Part shown: positions 19,240-29,196 of the stretch, piece after piece
Layout of the letters: each line of letters begins with the position of its first letter
How positions within the stretch are numbered: position 1 is the first letter of the stretch
Notes under the pieces: model-generated
The model's database searches: none
The model's input: the letters and a program-made list of their open reading frames with translations, nothing else
What the model was told of the DNA's origin: nothing
Position numbers and translations under genes: made by a program
Assembly (NCBI GenBank): GCA_016930675.1
Contig: JAFGGG010000042.1
Location: 16,423-80,422 of the forward strand
Length of the DNA: 64,000 bases
Direction: 5' to 3'
DNA from: Spirochaetales bacterium
GTDB lineage: Bacteria > Spirochaetota > Spirochaetia > SZUA-6 > RPPD01

Positions 19240-19469
19240 AAAGTACAAGCTCAACTGTGATCCTTGTATGTTCCACAAGCTACGCCCTGCATATTGAAAA
19301 AACTCTCAAGGATTCCGGTATCCCATGCACCCTCATACCCGTGCCGCGTCATCTAAGCTCAGACTGCGGTGTATGTGTACGTATCGCATCCCATTGCAAA
19401 GCTAAAACCATAAAAATGCTGGAAACAACCAAAATTCCTTTTGAAGGAATTTTTGATCTTATTCAGTAA
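19236..19469 (+). CDS. DUF3343-like small protein (putative Se/S carrier-like)
   Basis: 77 aa. Conserved-looking core IPCTLIPVPRHLSSDCGVCVRI. Overlaps the desulfurase stop by 4 bp. Confidence 0.55.
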   Translation: MKSTSSTVILVCSTSYALHIEKTLKDSGIPCTLIPVPRHLSSDCGVCVRIASHCKAKTIKMLETTKIPFEGIFDLIQ

Positions 19470-19586
19470 TAAAAATTTTCTTTTTTTAATCAAAATTATT
19501 TAGAATATAATTATCTGTGGAGGTGAGTATGGATATTGATGTAATTCTTCTAACAACTGTAGACATAATAATCCGCATTTTTTAAA

Positions 19587-20639
19587 TCAGTTATTATCTG
19601 TTATATTTAAGAATTCTCGGATTTCCGCTATAGTTTCGGCCTGAGCTTCGTCATGATTAAATAAAGTATGACCGCGATCAGAGAGGATTTTTATGGTTGC
19701 ATCAGGTATTTTATGTTTTAACAGATTCATGCCTTTCTTCCAGTCAAGCGTTTTATCGGCATCTCCCTGCACGATAAGTACGGGGATGGTAATGAGCGGC
19801 CGGTCTTTTAGTATTTTTCTCCAATTGGAGAGAGCTTTAACCCACGTGAAAGGCATTACCTCAGGGCTTAAATATCCCTGCTTGGGGCCGACCATTGGAC
19901 CTGCATACATGAACGGTGATAAAAAACTGGCTATACAGGAAGTATATTCAAAATTTCTGGGTTCGATAAGCGGAGCCAGGAGTATCGCCATATCTATATC
20001 GGCCGGATATTCCCAAAGTGCTTCCAAGACCGCGGAACCTCCGGTACTGTGTCCTAATAAGATAAAGGGTTTTGGCAAAGTGTAGGTATGTTGATTTTTT
20101 ATCCAGGCTATGATATCGGAAATACACACGCCGTATTGACTAAACTCGCGAATATCACCCGGATAACCGTTGGAAAATCCGTGTCCGGGCAAATCAACGG
20201 CTAAAACCGCCCAACCATCCTCAGCCAGCTGGTACAAAGCCGGAAGGTTAAAGGCACTGTATGCAGCATATCCGTGAAAAGCGATTATTGTTCCCAGTAC
20301 CTGCTGATGTGGAGGAAGCAGCAGCACAACTCCGAGCCGATAATCGGTCGTGTTGATATAGCCCATGATGCGGCTTCCCGGAAAATGATAATCGGGGTTG
20401 TAGCTGTCCGCTTTAATGAAATATTCAGTGACAAAAGGACCGCTTTGCGGCAGCACGGCGGACTCTAAAGGACCGGCCTCTTGCGCTAGAGACTCACGAA
20501 GTGAAAAAAGCTTGTCGGGAGGCTGCTCGAAAACAGCACAGCCTGTGAGTGCACCCTGCAGGCATACCAGAAAAAATAATAAAACTGTGGAATATGTTTT
20601 TCCCACTATCATAGTAAACAGTATAAGGAAATTTTTCAT
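19587..20639 (-). CDS. Alpha/beta-hydrolase-fold lipoprotein (esterase/lipase-like)
   Basis: Signal peptide with lipobox LTGC. Nucleophile elbow GHSTGG. Acid/His region near the C-terminus (QGDADK...RGHTLF). Confidence 0.6.
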   Translation of the reverse strand: MKNFLILFTMIVGKTYSTVLLFFLVCLQGALTGCAVFEQPPDKLFSLRESLAQEAGPLESAVLPQSGPFVTEYFIKADSYNPDYHFPGSRIMGYINTTDYRLGVVLLLPPHQQVLGTIIAFHGYAAYSAFNLPALYQLAEDGWAVLAVDLPGHGFSNGYPGDIREFSQYGVCISDIIAWIKNQHTYTLPKPFILLGHSTGGSAVLEALWEYPADIDMAILLAPLIEPRNFEYTSCIASFLSPFMYAGPMVGPKQGYLSPEVMPFTWVKALSNWRKILKDRPLITIPVLIVQGDADKTLDWKKGMNLLKHKIPDATIKILSDRGHTLFNHDEAQAETIAEIREFLNITDNN

Positions 20640-20801
20640 TAAAACTATTGTTTTTTTTTATAATTATAATCTAAAATAGGAAAACTGTGAACATGCTTCT
20701 AATAATCGGCTAACTGAATTTTGTTGTTCCGGACCTTGTCCGAACATTCCATTTTTGTTATAGTTTGAACAAATAATTACTTAAACGGTAGGAGGAATAG
20801 T

Positions 20802-21200
20802 ATGATTAAAAAATATGTATTAATCCTTGTCTTATTGGCTCTTGTATTCTCATGTAAAAGTCTAGCCAATTTTGAGAGTGAGTACCAAGGACATGAGCTG
20901 ACAAAACCCATCGATATCGCGAAACTAAAAATAGCTATACGGATGAGTCTGATCAATTATAACTGGAATATACTGTCAGAATCAGAAGGAAAATTTTTAG
21001 CCAAGTATGAAAAAAGCCACGGCACAATCAATGCGACCATACAAGTAAATTATTCGCGAGACGGGTATACTATTAAGTATATAGACAGTAAAAATCTTGA
21101 TGCAGATACCGATAACATGAAAATCCATCCCAATTTTGTACGCTGGATAAACAATTTAAATAAAGCAATCTCGCAAAGTTATTACCAAGCAACTTTGTAA
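20802..21200 (+). CDS. Small lipoprotein (hypothetical)
   Basis: Lipobox VFSC. RBS AGGAGGAATAGTATG. 132 aa. Confidence 0.4.
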   Translation: MIKKYVLILVLLALVFSCKSLANFESEYQGHELTKPIDIAKLKIAIRMSLINYNWNILSESEGKFLAKYEKSHGTINATIQVNYSRDGYTIKYIDSKNLDADTDNMKIHPNFVRWINNLNKAISQSYYQATL

Positions 21201-21275
21201 ATTGAGGTGCTGGAAATTGTTGAAAAAGTTGGTATATAAAACGCAATGAAGGACCACAGATAGCAAAAACAGCAG

Positions 21276-21305
21276 CGAGGGGAACATTTGTTTCCCTCGT
21301 TTTTT
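21276..21305. terminator. Bidirectional rho-independent terminator between the convergent 20802-21200 (+) gene and the ape-like cluster (-)
   Basis: Stem cgaggg(g)aa / ttccctcg with 7-nt loop followed by TTTTTT. Reverse complement also ends in a T-run. Confidence 0.6.
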
Positions 21306-21310
21306 AATCC

Positions 21311-22543
21311 TCAGGATTGCTCAAGTCCCCAACGCCGAAAAACCAATGAGGTATTGATTCCGCCAAAAGCAAAATTATTGCACATAATGTATCGTGCTTC
21401 CATGACTCTCCCTTGTCCGGTGATATAATCTATTTGTGCGCAGGCAGGATCGACGTTTTCCAGATTGAGATTAGGCGCGAACCAGTTATCATTCATCATA
21501 TTAATAGCCAGCCAGCTTTCTATGGCCCCACAGGCACCCAAAGTATGGCCCATATAGCTTTTTTGGGTACTTATGGGAACGGCTCTTTGAAAGCAATTAT
21601 ATGTTGCATGACTTTCTGCGATATCTCCGTGATGGGTGGCTGTTCCGTGGCCGTTAACGTAAGCTATCTGGTCGGGATCTATTTCAGCGCTTTTTAAGGC
21701 TTCCCGCATTGCCTTCTCCATAGTATTTTTATCCGGCTGTGTGATATGCTTACCGTCGGTATTTGTTCCAAAGCCGACAAGTTCGGCATAGATATGAGAT
21801 TTTCTCTGCAATGCATGTTCAAGTTCTTCCAGGATAATTGTTCCGGCTCCTTCTCCGATAACCAGACCGTCTCTGTCCTTGTCAAAAGGTCTGGGAGTGA
21901 GATGCGGCGTGTCGTTTTTTATGCTTGTGGCGTACAGGGTGTCAAATACGGCCGATCCTGTGGGATTCAGCTCTTCCGCGCCTCCGCACACCATCACCTT
22001 TTGGTGACCGAATTTAATGGCTTCAAAACCTAAGCCGATGGCCAGGCTTCCCGCAGTGCACGCGGTATTTGAAGTAAGCAGCCGACCGGTTAATCCGAAA
22101 AATAAAGCAATATTTACAGCACACGTCTGAGGCATGGAGCGAATATATGTGGTAGCCGTGATGCCTTGAATATCATTGGTAGTGAGCATGGAGTAGAAAT
22201 CAAGAAGCGCATTCACGTTACCGGTTGAGGATCCGAAAGAGACTCCTGAATCACCGTTTGTCAGAACGGGTGAGTCCAATAATCCGGCGCACTTTAATGC
22301 CATCTCGCTGGCATGCACCGCCATGAGTGCGACTTTGCCCATACCGCGAGTTACTTTTCTGGGATAATCAGGCGGTGTCCACTCTACAGGGGCCGCCAGT
22401 TTGGTATGTAATCGTTTATATTTCTCCCATTCATCCATTCTGGTTATTCCGCTTTTTTTCTGTTTCAGCCGTTTTTTTATCGTAGGCCAGTCATGTCCGA
22501 TCGGAGTTATTACCGAGCCCCCAGTTACGACTACTCTGTTCAT
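21311..22543 (-). CDS. Beta-ketoacyl-ACP synthase (KAS I/II-type; ApeR-like position)
   Basis: 410 aa. Active-site Cys in NTACTAGS. His motifs VNGHGTATHHGD and MGHTLGACG. Confidence 0.8.
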   Translation of the reverse strand: MNRVVVTGGSVITPIGHDWPTIKKRLKQKKSGITRMDEWEKYKRLHTKLAAPVEWTPPDYPRKVTRGMGKVALMAVHASEMALKCAGLLDSPVLTNGDSGVSFGSSTGNVNALLDFYSMLTTNDIQGITATTYIRSMPQTCAVNIALFFGLTGRLLTSNTACTAGSLAIGLGFEAIKFGHQKVMVCGGAEELNPTGSAVFDTLYATSIKNDTPHLTPRPFDKDRDGLVIGEGAGTIILEELEHALQRKSHIYAELVGFGTNTDGKHITQPDKNTMEKAMREALKSAEIDPDQIAYVNGHGTATHHGDIAESHATYNCFQRAVPISTQKSYMGHTLGACGAIESWLAINMMNDNWFAPNLNLENVDPACAQIDYITGQGRVMEARYIMCNNFAFGGINTSLVFRRWGLEQS

Positions 22544-23277
22544 TATATCATTCCTCCATTGACTGAAATCACCTGCCGGGTTATATACGCTGCGGAATCG
22601 GATAAGAGGAAAATTGCCAATGCCGCTACTTCTTCCGGTTTCCCCATCCGCCTGAGAGGAATCATGGTACGAATATGATCCCAGGGAATTTCTTTACTCA
22701 TAGCCGTTTCAATGATACCCGGCGCTATGCAGTTAACCGTAATATTCCGTTTGCCCATCTCAATGGCCAGGGCCTTTGTGGCACCGATAATACCCGCTTT
22801 GGCCGCACTGTAGTTTACCTGTCCGCGGTTTCCCACAAGACCGGATATGGATGAGATAGTAATAATCCGGCCGGGTTTGCGGGTCTGCACCATCGGCATG
22901 ATAAGGGGATGGAGCACATTGTAAAAACTGTCAAGATCAGTGTGGATAACTTTATCCCAATCCTGTTCACTGATAGAGGGAAATGCGTTGTCGGCGGAAA
23001 CTCCTGCGTTACAAACAACACCGTAATAAACTCCATTATGTTCGATATCCTGTTCAAGAACCTGTCTTGTTCGTGCCCTGTCTGTAATGTCAAATTGGAG
23101 AAGACGCCCGCTGTTTCCGCTTTTTAACAGGGATTTTTTTACCTCTGCGGCTCCTTCCGCATCGCTTCGATAGTGAATGATTGCCTCATAACCTGCCGCG
23201 CCCGCGGCCAGGGCAATAGCTTTGCCTATACCCTTGCTGGCTCCTGTTACGAGTACGGATTTTTTTTCTTTATTCAT
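22543..23277 (-). CDS. 3-oxoacyl-ACP reductase (SDR; FabG/ApeQ-like)
   Basis: TGASKGIGKAIA Rossmann motif. Catalytic YSAAK. 244 aa. Confidence 0.8.
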   Translation of the reverse strand: MNKEKKSVLVTGASKGIGKAIALAAGAAGYEAIIHYRSDAEGAAEVKKSLLKSGNSGRLLQFDITDRARTRQVLEQDIEHNGVYYGVVCNAGVSADNAFPSISEQDWDKVIHTDLDSFYNVLHPLIMPMVQTRKPGRIITISSISGLVGNRGQVNYSAAKAGIIGATKALAIEMGKRNITVNCIAPGIIETAMSKEIPWDHIRTMIPLRRMGKPEEVAALAIFLLSDSAAYITRQVISVNGGMI

Positions 23278-23752
23278 TTTGTGCGCCTGTCATTTTTTTT
23301 ATTAGTGTATCATTCGCGGATATGGTGCTTAGAGTGCCTGCCGCGAATTCCTTTTTGGATATTGAAGCCTTTCCTTCGAATACCGCGACATCGCCGTCCC
23401 TGAATACCTGCTTTACAAGAATGGTTACCCTGCTGCCGGGGGCAAAACCCTTCTGGTATGTGATAAAATCGCGTATTGCCATAATAAATCCGATCTTTGG
23501 TCGCTGTGCCTTTAGTATGCTGCTGATACCGGACAGAAGTGCAATGTTTTGCGCCATATATTCAAAGGCAATCCAACAGGGGATGATCCCCGATTCAGCG
23601 TCAAAAAATATACTCTGTTCTGTTACATCGACAGAGGACTTGAGAAAAGCGTGCTCTAAGGAATAATCTTCCAGCCGGTCGATGAGCAGCATGAGGTTTT
23701 TATGAGGAGAGTATTTGAAAAGCTCCGGTTTGGTTACAGGTGTATTAATCAT
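23270..23752 (-). CDS. Hotdog-fold dehydratase (ApeP/FabZ-like)
   Basis: 160-aa protein in the conserved DH slot between KR and KS. Hotdog-like central helix segment (IPCWIAFEYMAQNIALL). Confidence 0.55.
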   Translation of the reverse strand: MINTPVTKPELFKYSPHKNLMLLIDRLEDYSLEHAFLKSSVDVTEQSIFFDAESGIIPCWIAFEYMAQNIALLSGISSILKAQRPKIGFIMAIRDFITYQKGFAPGSRVTILVKQVFRDGDVAVFEGKASISKKEFAAGTLSTISANDTLIKKMTGAQNE

Positions 23753-24940
23753 TTAACCCTCCTCGCGAGTAATGATAAGACTGACATTGCATCCGCCGAA
23801 AGCATAGGAATTACTCATGCAATTATATATTCTTTTCGTCTTATAGCCAACCGGAATAAAATTAAGAACAGGCAGACCCTCTTCAGGCTCTTCGTCCCAA
23901 ATATGAGGCGGGAGCAGGATTTCATCGTCATTTTGAGACAAAACAAGCCAACAGAAAGCCAACTCCATAGCTCCGGCAGCTCCCAGAGTGTGGCCGATCA
24001 TGGTTTTTGTACTGCTGCAGGGAGGAATATTTTTAAAAACACGACCGGTAGCCTTACATTCCATTCTGTCATTCAACATGGTTCCTGTTCCGTGCAGGTT
24101 GATGTAATTAATATCTTCAGCTGCAAGCCCGGCATCCTTAAGAGCTCTACGCATTGATTCCGAGGCCCCAATTCCTTCCGGGTCCGGGGCAGTTATATGA
24201 TAGGCGTCTGAGCTTTCACCGCAGCCTGTCAGGCTGATATTGCACTGTGCAGTCTGATCTTTGGTAACAATAAAGAGAGCAGCTCCTTCACCCAGGTTGG
24301 TTCCCTTGCGGTTTTTACTGAAAGGCTTGCACGGTTCCCTATCTACGGCCTCCAATGAATGGAAGCCGAGGAGAATCGGATCGGATACAATATCCGCGCC
24401 GCCGGTTATTACAGCGTCACAGACTCCCGAATTGAGCAGGCTGCGGGCAAAAATAAAAGCGCGCGCACTGGAAGTACAGGCAGTCGATATATTGCAGGCT
24501 ATACTTTTTAGATTTAGATATTCTTTAACAAAGCAGGAGCTGTTGTGAGCTTCTTGTTTGTGAAAGCTGTAATCTTCCGGAAAAGATCCGCTCTCCTGAT
24601 ATATTCTTAACGCCTGGAGGGATTCCTCCGATCCGTTATCTGTGGAACCTATCACTACACCTATGCGCTGAGACCCGAACCGAGAAATAAGCTTGTCAAC
24701 TGCCGGTCGAATTTGATCACAAGCATAAGCAAGCAGGCGGTTAAGGCGATTATCATAGACACGTGGCAGTTTCCGGGTTTGCTTCGGGCTCACTGCAGCG
24801 ACAGTAAAGGTTCCCTGTGTGTTTGTTTGCCGCTTAAGCCCCTCTCTGCTTCCCCGAAGGAGGTTGTCCAATATCATATGCTTATTATATCCCAAGGCGT
24901 TTATGATCCCCAGATTGTTCAGGTAAATTTTGCTTTTCAC
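23753..24940 (-). CDS. Beta-ketoacyl synthase (ApeO-like position)
   Basis: 395 aa. Active-site Cys in STACTSSARA. His motifs NLHGTGT and IGHTLGAAG. Confidence 0.75.
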   Translation of the reverse strand: MKSKIYLNNLGIINALGYNKHMILDNLLRGSREGLKRQTNTQGTFTVAAVSPKQTRKLPRVYDNRLNRLLAYACDQIRPAVDKLISRFGSQRIGVVIGSTDNGSEESLQALRIYQESGSFPEDYSFHKQEAHNSSCFVKEYLNLKSIACNISTACTSSARAFIFARSLLNSGVCDAVITGGADIVSDPILLGFHSLEAVDREPCKPFSKNRKGTNLGEGAALFIVTKDQTAQCNISLTGCGESSDAYHITAPDPEGIGASESMRRALKDAGLAAEDINYINLHGTGTMLNDRMECKATGRVFKNIPPCSSTKTMIGHTLGAAGAMELAFCWLVLSQNDDEILLPPHIWDEEPEEGLPVLNFIPVGYKTKRIYNCMSNSYAFGGCNVSLIITREEG

Positions 24941-25581
24941 GGTATGGATTCCTCCCGAATAGTATATCCATACTCTCTGAGGTGATTTTTGTAGTTCAGA
25001 TCATTGCCTTTTCGCTGTATATGGATAATGAGTTGTGCTCCGTCTAGTATTCTGCGCACCCAGCCATCGGGCTGCGGGATTTCCTCAAAAATCAGACCGG
25101 CTTCCCGGATCATGGATTCCACGGCAGAGCGCGGAAAATAACATAGCTGAAAATCCGCGACGATATATTCGGGCTTAATATCGGCTGTTGCCTGCGGGCT
25201 GTGAAAAACCATATCGGAATTTTTATATGCCAGATCATAAACTTGGGTGCCGAGGTTGTTGAAACTGATAATATTGATTTCTTCAAGATTGGTTTGAACC
25301 AGGGCTTCAATGGAGTAGGTCCGGGATTTATAATAGCCGTCAATTATCTGATAGATCTCAAACTCATTCTCCACAGCCTGTGTAGGCAACAGGGTAATAT
25401 GTTTTTCGTCGGTAAGGTAAACGGGAGCAGGTATGTGCGTCCCAGGCGGAGAACCGGCGCATGCAGCAGTCATAATGGATACCGTTATCACCATTTTTAA
25501 AATCAGGAGGAGTTGAAATAAAAAAGTTTTATTCTTGATGAAATTGCTATATAATTTCAACACGGATGAGAAAAAAAACAT
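24937..25581 (-). CDS. DUF3261-like lipoprotein (ApeN-like position)
   Basis: Hypothetical secreted protein in the slot between MMPL and KS. Probable true start at the internal Met (MVITVSIMTAACAGS, ~25494), giving a signal peptide with Cys. Confidence 0.4.
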   Translation of the reverse strand: MFFFSSVLKLYSNFIKNKTFLFQLLLILKMVITVSIMTAACAGSPPGTHIPAPVYLTDEKHITLLPTQAVENEFEIYQIIDGYYKSRTYSIEALVQTNLEEINIISFNNLGTQVYDLAYKNSDMVFHSPQATADIKPEYIVADFQLCYFPRSAVESMIREAGLIFEEIPQPDGWVRRILDGAQLIIHIQRKGNDLNYKNHLREYGYTIREESIP

Positions 25582-26221
25582 GGGTATAATTTACTTGGGA
25601 TTAATAAATGTTTCAATACTAAATAGCGATAGATTCAAGGTAAAAGAAGCCACAAAAAATCTCTTTCATACTATGATACGCCGGTTGCATCCTGCTTCAG
25701 CAATTGATCTGGAGGTAAAAACGGGGCCACATGGAAAACCTTATCTTCCCCGACATCCTTCCTGGTACTTCAATGTAAGTCATGCCGGCAGGATGGGAGC
25801 ATGCGCCATAGCACGAATTCCCTTGGGAATTGATATTGAACTGATTGATGAACGGCGGCATTGGAAAACGATCGCGGAGCATTTTTATCATAACCGGGAG
25901 ATCGCCTATCTTTCGAACCAGGCAGGCAACAGCTGCGCAGTATTTTACCATCTATGGACTCGTAAAGAGTCTTGGCTGAAACTCCATGACATGACGATCT
26001 GGCAGACAAGTCAAGCACCGTGCTGCTTGGATTTATCCGACACAGAGACTGATGTATGGACGTGGCAGGGAAGCGGATGTGCTTCGTTCTCCTTATCTCT
26101 TCGGATTAACAGCGATGAAAAAAAATATTCGGTTCGATTTATTGAGGAGTTTATACCTGAAGGAATACACCTGCAGCAGGTTAGTCTGAAGGGGGGCTCT
26201 CTTTTTTGCCGATCAGAATAG
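25535..26221 (+). CDS. 4'-phosphopantetheinyl transferase (Sfp/EntD-type), encoded antisense within the cluster
   Basis: Motifs FNVSHAG, GIDIE, WTRKESWLK. A start at the second in-frame Met (~25580) is possible. 3' end overlaps the MMPL 3' end by 41 bp (convergent). Confidence 0.7.
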   Translation: MMKLLYNFNTDEKKNMGIIYLGLINVSILNSDRFKVKEATKNLFHTMIRRLHPASAIDLEVKTGPHGKPYLPRHPSWYFNVSHAGRMGACAIARIPLGIDIELIDERRHWKTIAEHFYHNREIAYLSNQAGNSCAVFYHLWTRKESWLKLHDMTIWQTSQAPCCLDLSDTETDVWTWQGSGCASFSLSLRINSDEKKYSVRFIEEFIPEGIHLQQVSLKGGSLFCRSE

Positions 26222-28580
26222 GTGTGAGTAAAAACGACAGCAACACGCCCAGAGCAACCGTCAAACCGAAAACAGCGGCCAAAGACGTAAAACCCAGCAT
26301 GCCGAAGCTGAGGATGGTTGTAAGCATACTCAGTGTAATTGCCAGAAGGGTGGGCCGTGGGTGTGATTTTCCTTCGGAAAAAAAGATCACGTAATCCGTG
26401 CCCATGCCCGGAACAAGAATAAGTCCCATTACAGAAAATACATTAAAGGGCAGTCCCGCCAGATTTAGAAAAGAGATCACAATACAACTGGCCAGGCAGG
26501 GAATAATAATTATTTTGAAACCTCTCAGCCATTTATAGCGGAAGACGAGTCCGCCAAAAATCAAAACATACGAGATGCATAAAATAATGAGAGCCAAAAC
26601 ACTGAGACTGTGCAAGGTGGAATTAATTTCGCTGATCCTATTAATGAAATATCTGGAAGAAGAGCTGTTTACAATGGATTTCACTCCTTCAATATTGGTT
26701 ATGTTAAAAAGCATTACCATCGAATAATATTTGTCGTTTGCCTGTCCCAACCAGAGCATAGCAAAAAGATCTCCTATTGGAAAATCTTCCAGGATTTTTA
26801 AATCCACCCACTGGTCCTTTTTCTCACGATAATCAGTTTCCCAACTTTGGATTTCCGCCTTTCCGAAACCCAGCGACTCCAGTTGTGCGGGGATCGCGTT
26901 TTTTAAGTATTTCCCGATCAGTTCATAATTCTCCGCTTGGCGCCCGCGGGAAGGAATGAAAAAAGTCGATCCGAGATATGACTCTATAAAACCATTTTCG
27001 CGTGCTTGTGACAGATCCGAAATAAGCTGTTCTTCCTTTGTTCTGAGGGCTTCGGGGTTATCACCTTCCACTAAAACATATACGCACGAGGAGCCGTGTT
27101 TTAAAATCGAAGACATCAAAGTTTCACTTTTTTTCAATGCCGGACTCATCTGATATAGTGTTCGCACATCACTATTCAACTGTAGCTGAGACAAGCCTGC
27201 GCAGGTTATTCCTAAAAAAAGAATTCCGAAAAAGAATTTTAATAAAAAGGGCAGCTCCTGCAGGTTTTTGAACGCTGTATAAAAAAAAGATCCTGCTTTG
27301 TTGGAAATCCGGCCGGTTTTTTCGCCGGCCCTTTTAAATTTCGGAAAAATAAAAATTACACTCAGATAACTACTCATCAGTCCAATAATAGAAAAAAGAG
27401 CCATTTGTTGAAGAAGGGGAAAAGCGGTAAACACAAACGCCAGGTAGCTGGCTAATGTGGTAAGCAGTCCCAAGCTTATTCCGGGAAGAATAAAACGAAT
27501 AATCCGGGCAACGGATTTTTCACCGGGTAGCGTGGCCCAATGAGCAAAGAAATGCAGAGCATAGTCCAGACTTATACCGATGAGACTCGTTCCAAAAACG
27601 ATTGTGAAAATATGAACATCATGGAAGATCAAAAGGGTGGCTGCAAGACCCGTGACCATTCCTACGATTATAGCTCCGACAGTGGCAAGCAGAGGCTTGA
27701 TGGATCGAAAGACAATCAGAATCATCAGAATGATAAAGAGTATGGAAACCGTACTTAAGAAAGATATCTCTGTTCTGGATGCGCGGGAGCTTTCGTAAGA
27801 GTGAAAGGGTGCGCCGGAAAAAACCAATTCCAAATCAGGCTCCACGGATGAAATTTGCTCTGCTGTACTGTAAATTAAGGAAATCGGACTGTCTTCAACC
27901 TGTACCGAAAAACCGGATCCTGCTGTTCTCGCGGAAATCAGAACCCATGATTTACCTTCATAATCAGTACTTAAAACACCGTCTCGCAGTCCGACGGACA
28001 TGTTTGTAAGAATACCCGAGTTCAGGTAGTACTGGAGACTGGAATTAACCAATAAAAAGGGATCGAGATCCAAATGATCCAGACTGCCCAAACTCAAAGG
28101 ACTTGCCACCGCCATATAAGCATTTTCTGCCAGTTCTTGTATTCTTCCGTTAAGGAGAATTGCTCGGATTTCGGGAGTCAGTAACTGGTAGCGGTAAATA
28201 AAAAGAAAGTCCTGTAGCTGTTTGAGATTTGTTTTGTCAATTTCCAATCGCACATTTTGGAATCCGCTGTGAGTTCGCATACGCGAAACCATTTTTACAG
28301 CGTACGAGCGAGCGGTGGTAAAATCCTTATGTCCGATAAGGAGATAAACAGCACTGTTAAACCTCTGATTGATGACCTTCTCCACATTGGAGACGGCTTT
28401 TACGGGACTGGTATGTGGCAGGAGAGAGGTAAGGTCGCTGTTCACGGAATAGTTACCGCTTAAAAGCAAACAAAGGAAAATGAACACATGGAAACAAATC
28501 CAAATGAGGAGATGAAATTTCCTGCTATTCTGCCAGCACTTAAAAAAAAGATTAAAAGAAGGCTTTTTCATCAGCAGCAC
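26181..28580 (-). CDS. MMPL/RND-superfamily exporter (ApeM-like)
   Basis: 799 aa. Two blocks of ~6 TM helices separated by large soluble loops. Confidence 0.7.
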   Translation of the reverse strand: MLLMKKPSFNLFFKCWQNSRKFHLLIWICFHVFIFLCLLLSGNYSVNSDLTSLLPHTSPVKAVSNVEKVINQRFNSAVYLLIGHKDFTTARSYAVKMVSRMRTHSGFQNVRLEIDKTNLKQLQDFLFIYRYQLLTPEIRAILLNGRIQELAENAYMAVASPLSLGSLDHLDLDPFLLVNSSLQYYLNSGILTNMSVGLRDGVLSTDYEGKSWVLISARTAGSGFSVQVEDSPISLIYSTAEQISSVEPDLELVFSGAPFHSYESSRASRTEISFLSTVSILFIILMILIVFRSIKPLLATVGAIIVGMVTGLAATLLIFHDVHIFTIVFGTSLIGISLDYALHFFAHWATLPGEKSVARIIRFILPGISLGLLTTLASYLAFVFTAFPLLQQMALFSIIGLMSSYLSVIFIFPKFKRAGEKTGRISNKAGSFFYTAFKNLQELPFLLKFFFGILFLGITCAGLSQLQLNSDVRTLYQMSPALKKSETLMSSILKHGSSCVYVLVEGDNPEALRTKEEQLISDLSQARENGFIESYLGSTFFIPSRGRQAENYELIGKYLKNAIPAQLESLGFGKAEIQSWETDYREKKDQWVDLKILEDFPIGDLFAMLWLGQANDKYYSMVMLFNITNIEGVKSIVNSSSSRYFINRISEINSTLHSLSVLALIILCISYVLIFGGLVFRYKWLRGFKIIIIPCLASCIVISFLNLAGLPFNVFSVMGLILVPGMGTDYVIFFSEGKSHPRPTLLAITLSMLTTILSFGMLGFTSLAAVFGLTVALGVLLSFLLTPILIGKKESPPSD

Positions 28581-29196
28581 TCAATTCAACAGGGTAGGTA
28601 ATATCCGCAAACTCATAAGATACTGTATCGCCGTTTGCTTCAGTTAATATGAATTTTTCAAGATCGACCGCACCGTGTATTTCTATAGAAGAAATAATAT
28701 CACGCAGTGTTCTGTCCCGGGGTTTCAGACCGATAGTCCAGGTGCTTGGGGTATCTTTATAATAGTAAATTTCAAAATCGCGTTCCAATTCAGGAAGATT
28801 CCCTTTAAATATCGCCTGAATGGTAGAGGAAAAGCGCTTGAAAGTATCATTATCACGTGCGGAAAGCGTGCTTATTTTGCCGCTCGCGCTTTTTTGCACC
28901 AGCCTATCGCTTGTTATTATCGTAACACTCGGAAACGGGCTTATTACTTCCCACAGCAGACCGCGATCCACGACAAAGATCATTTTCCCGGTAGAGTTTA
29001 AAGTTCGGGACAAGCGGGAGATCTTTTTGGTTTGGGTGAAAGAGGCTTTAATCAGTTTGTGTGATGCAATCCTTGCTGAAATCGCTTTGACTTCCGGACG
29101 TGAACTGTCCGTTAACGGGTATGAGAACACATTCTGGGCATCCCCGGGAAAAGTAGATAAGAAGAAGATAAGCAAAGAAAAAATCGCGGATTTCAC
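28552..29196 (-). CDS. LolA-like outer-membrane lipoprotein carrier protein (ApeL-like)
   Basis: Signal peptide. ~190-aa mature beta-barrel-like protein in the conserved slot between thioesterase and MMPL. Confidence 0.55.
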   Translation of the reverse strand: MKSAIFSLLIFFLSTFPGDAQNVFSYPLTDSSRPEVKAISARIASHKLIKASFTQTKKISRLSRTLNSTGKMIFVVDRGLLWEVISPFPSVTIITSDRLVQKSASGKISTLSARDNDTFKRFSSTIQAIFKGNLPELERDFEIYYYKDTPSTWTIGLKPRDRTLRDIISSIEIHGAVDLEKFILTEANGDTVSYEFADITYPVELSAADEKAFF

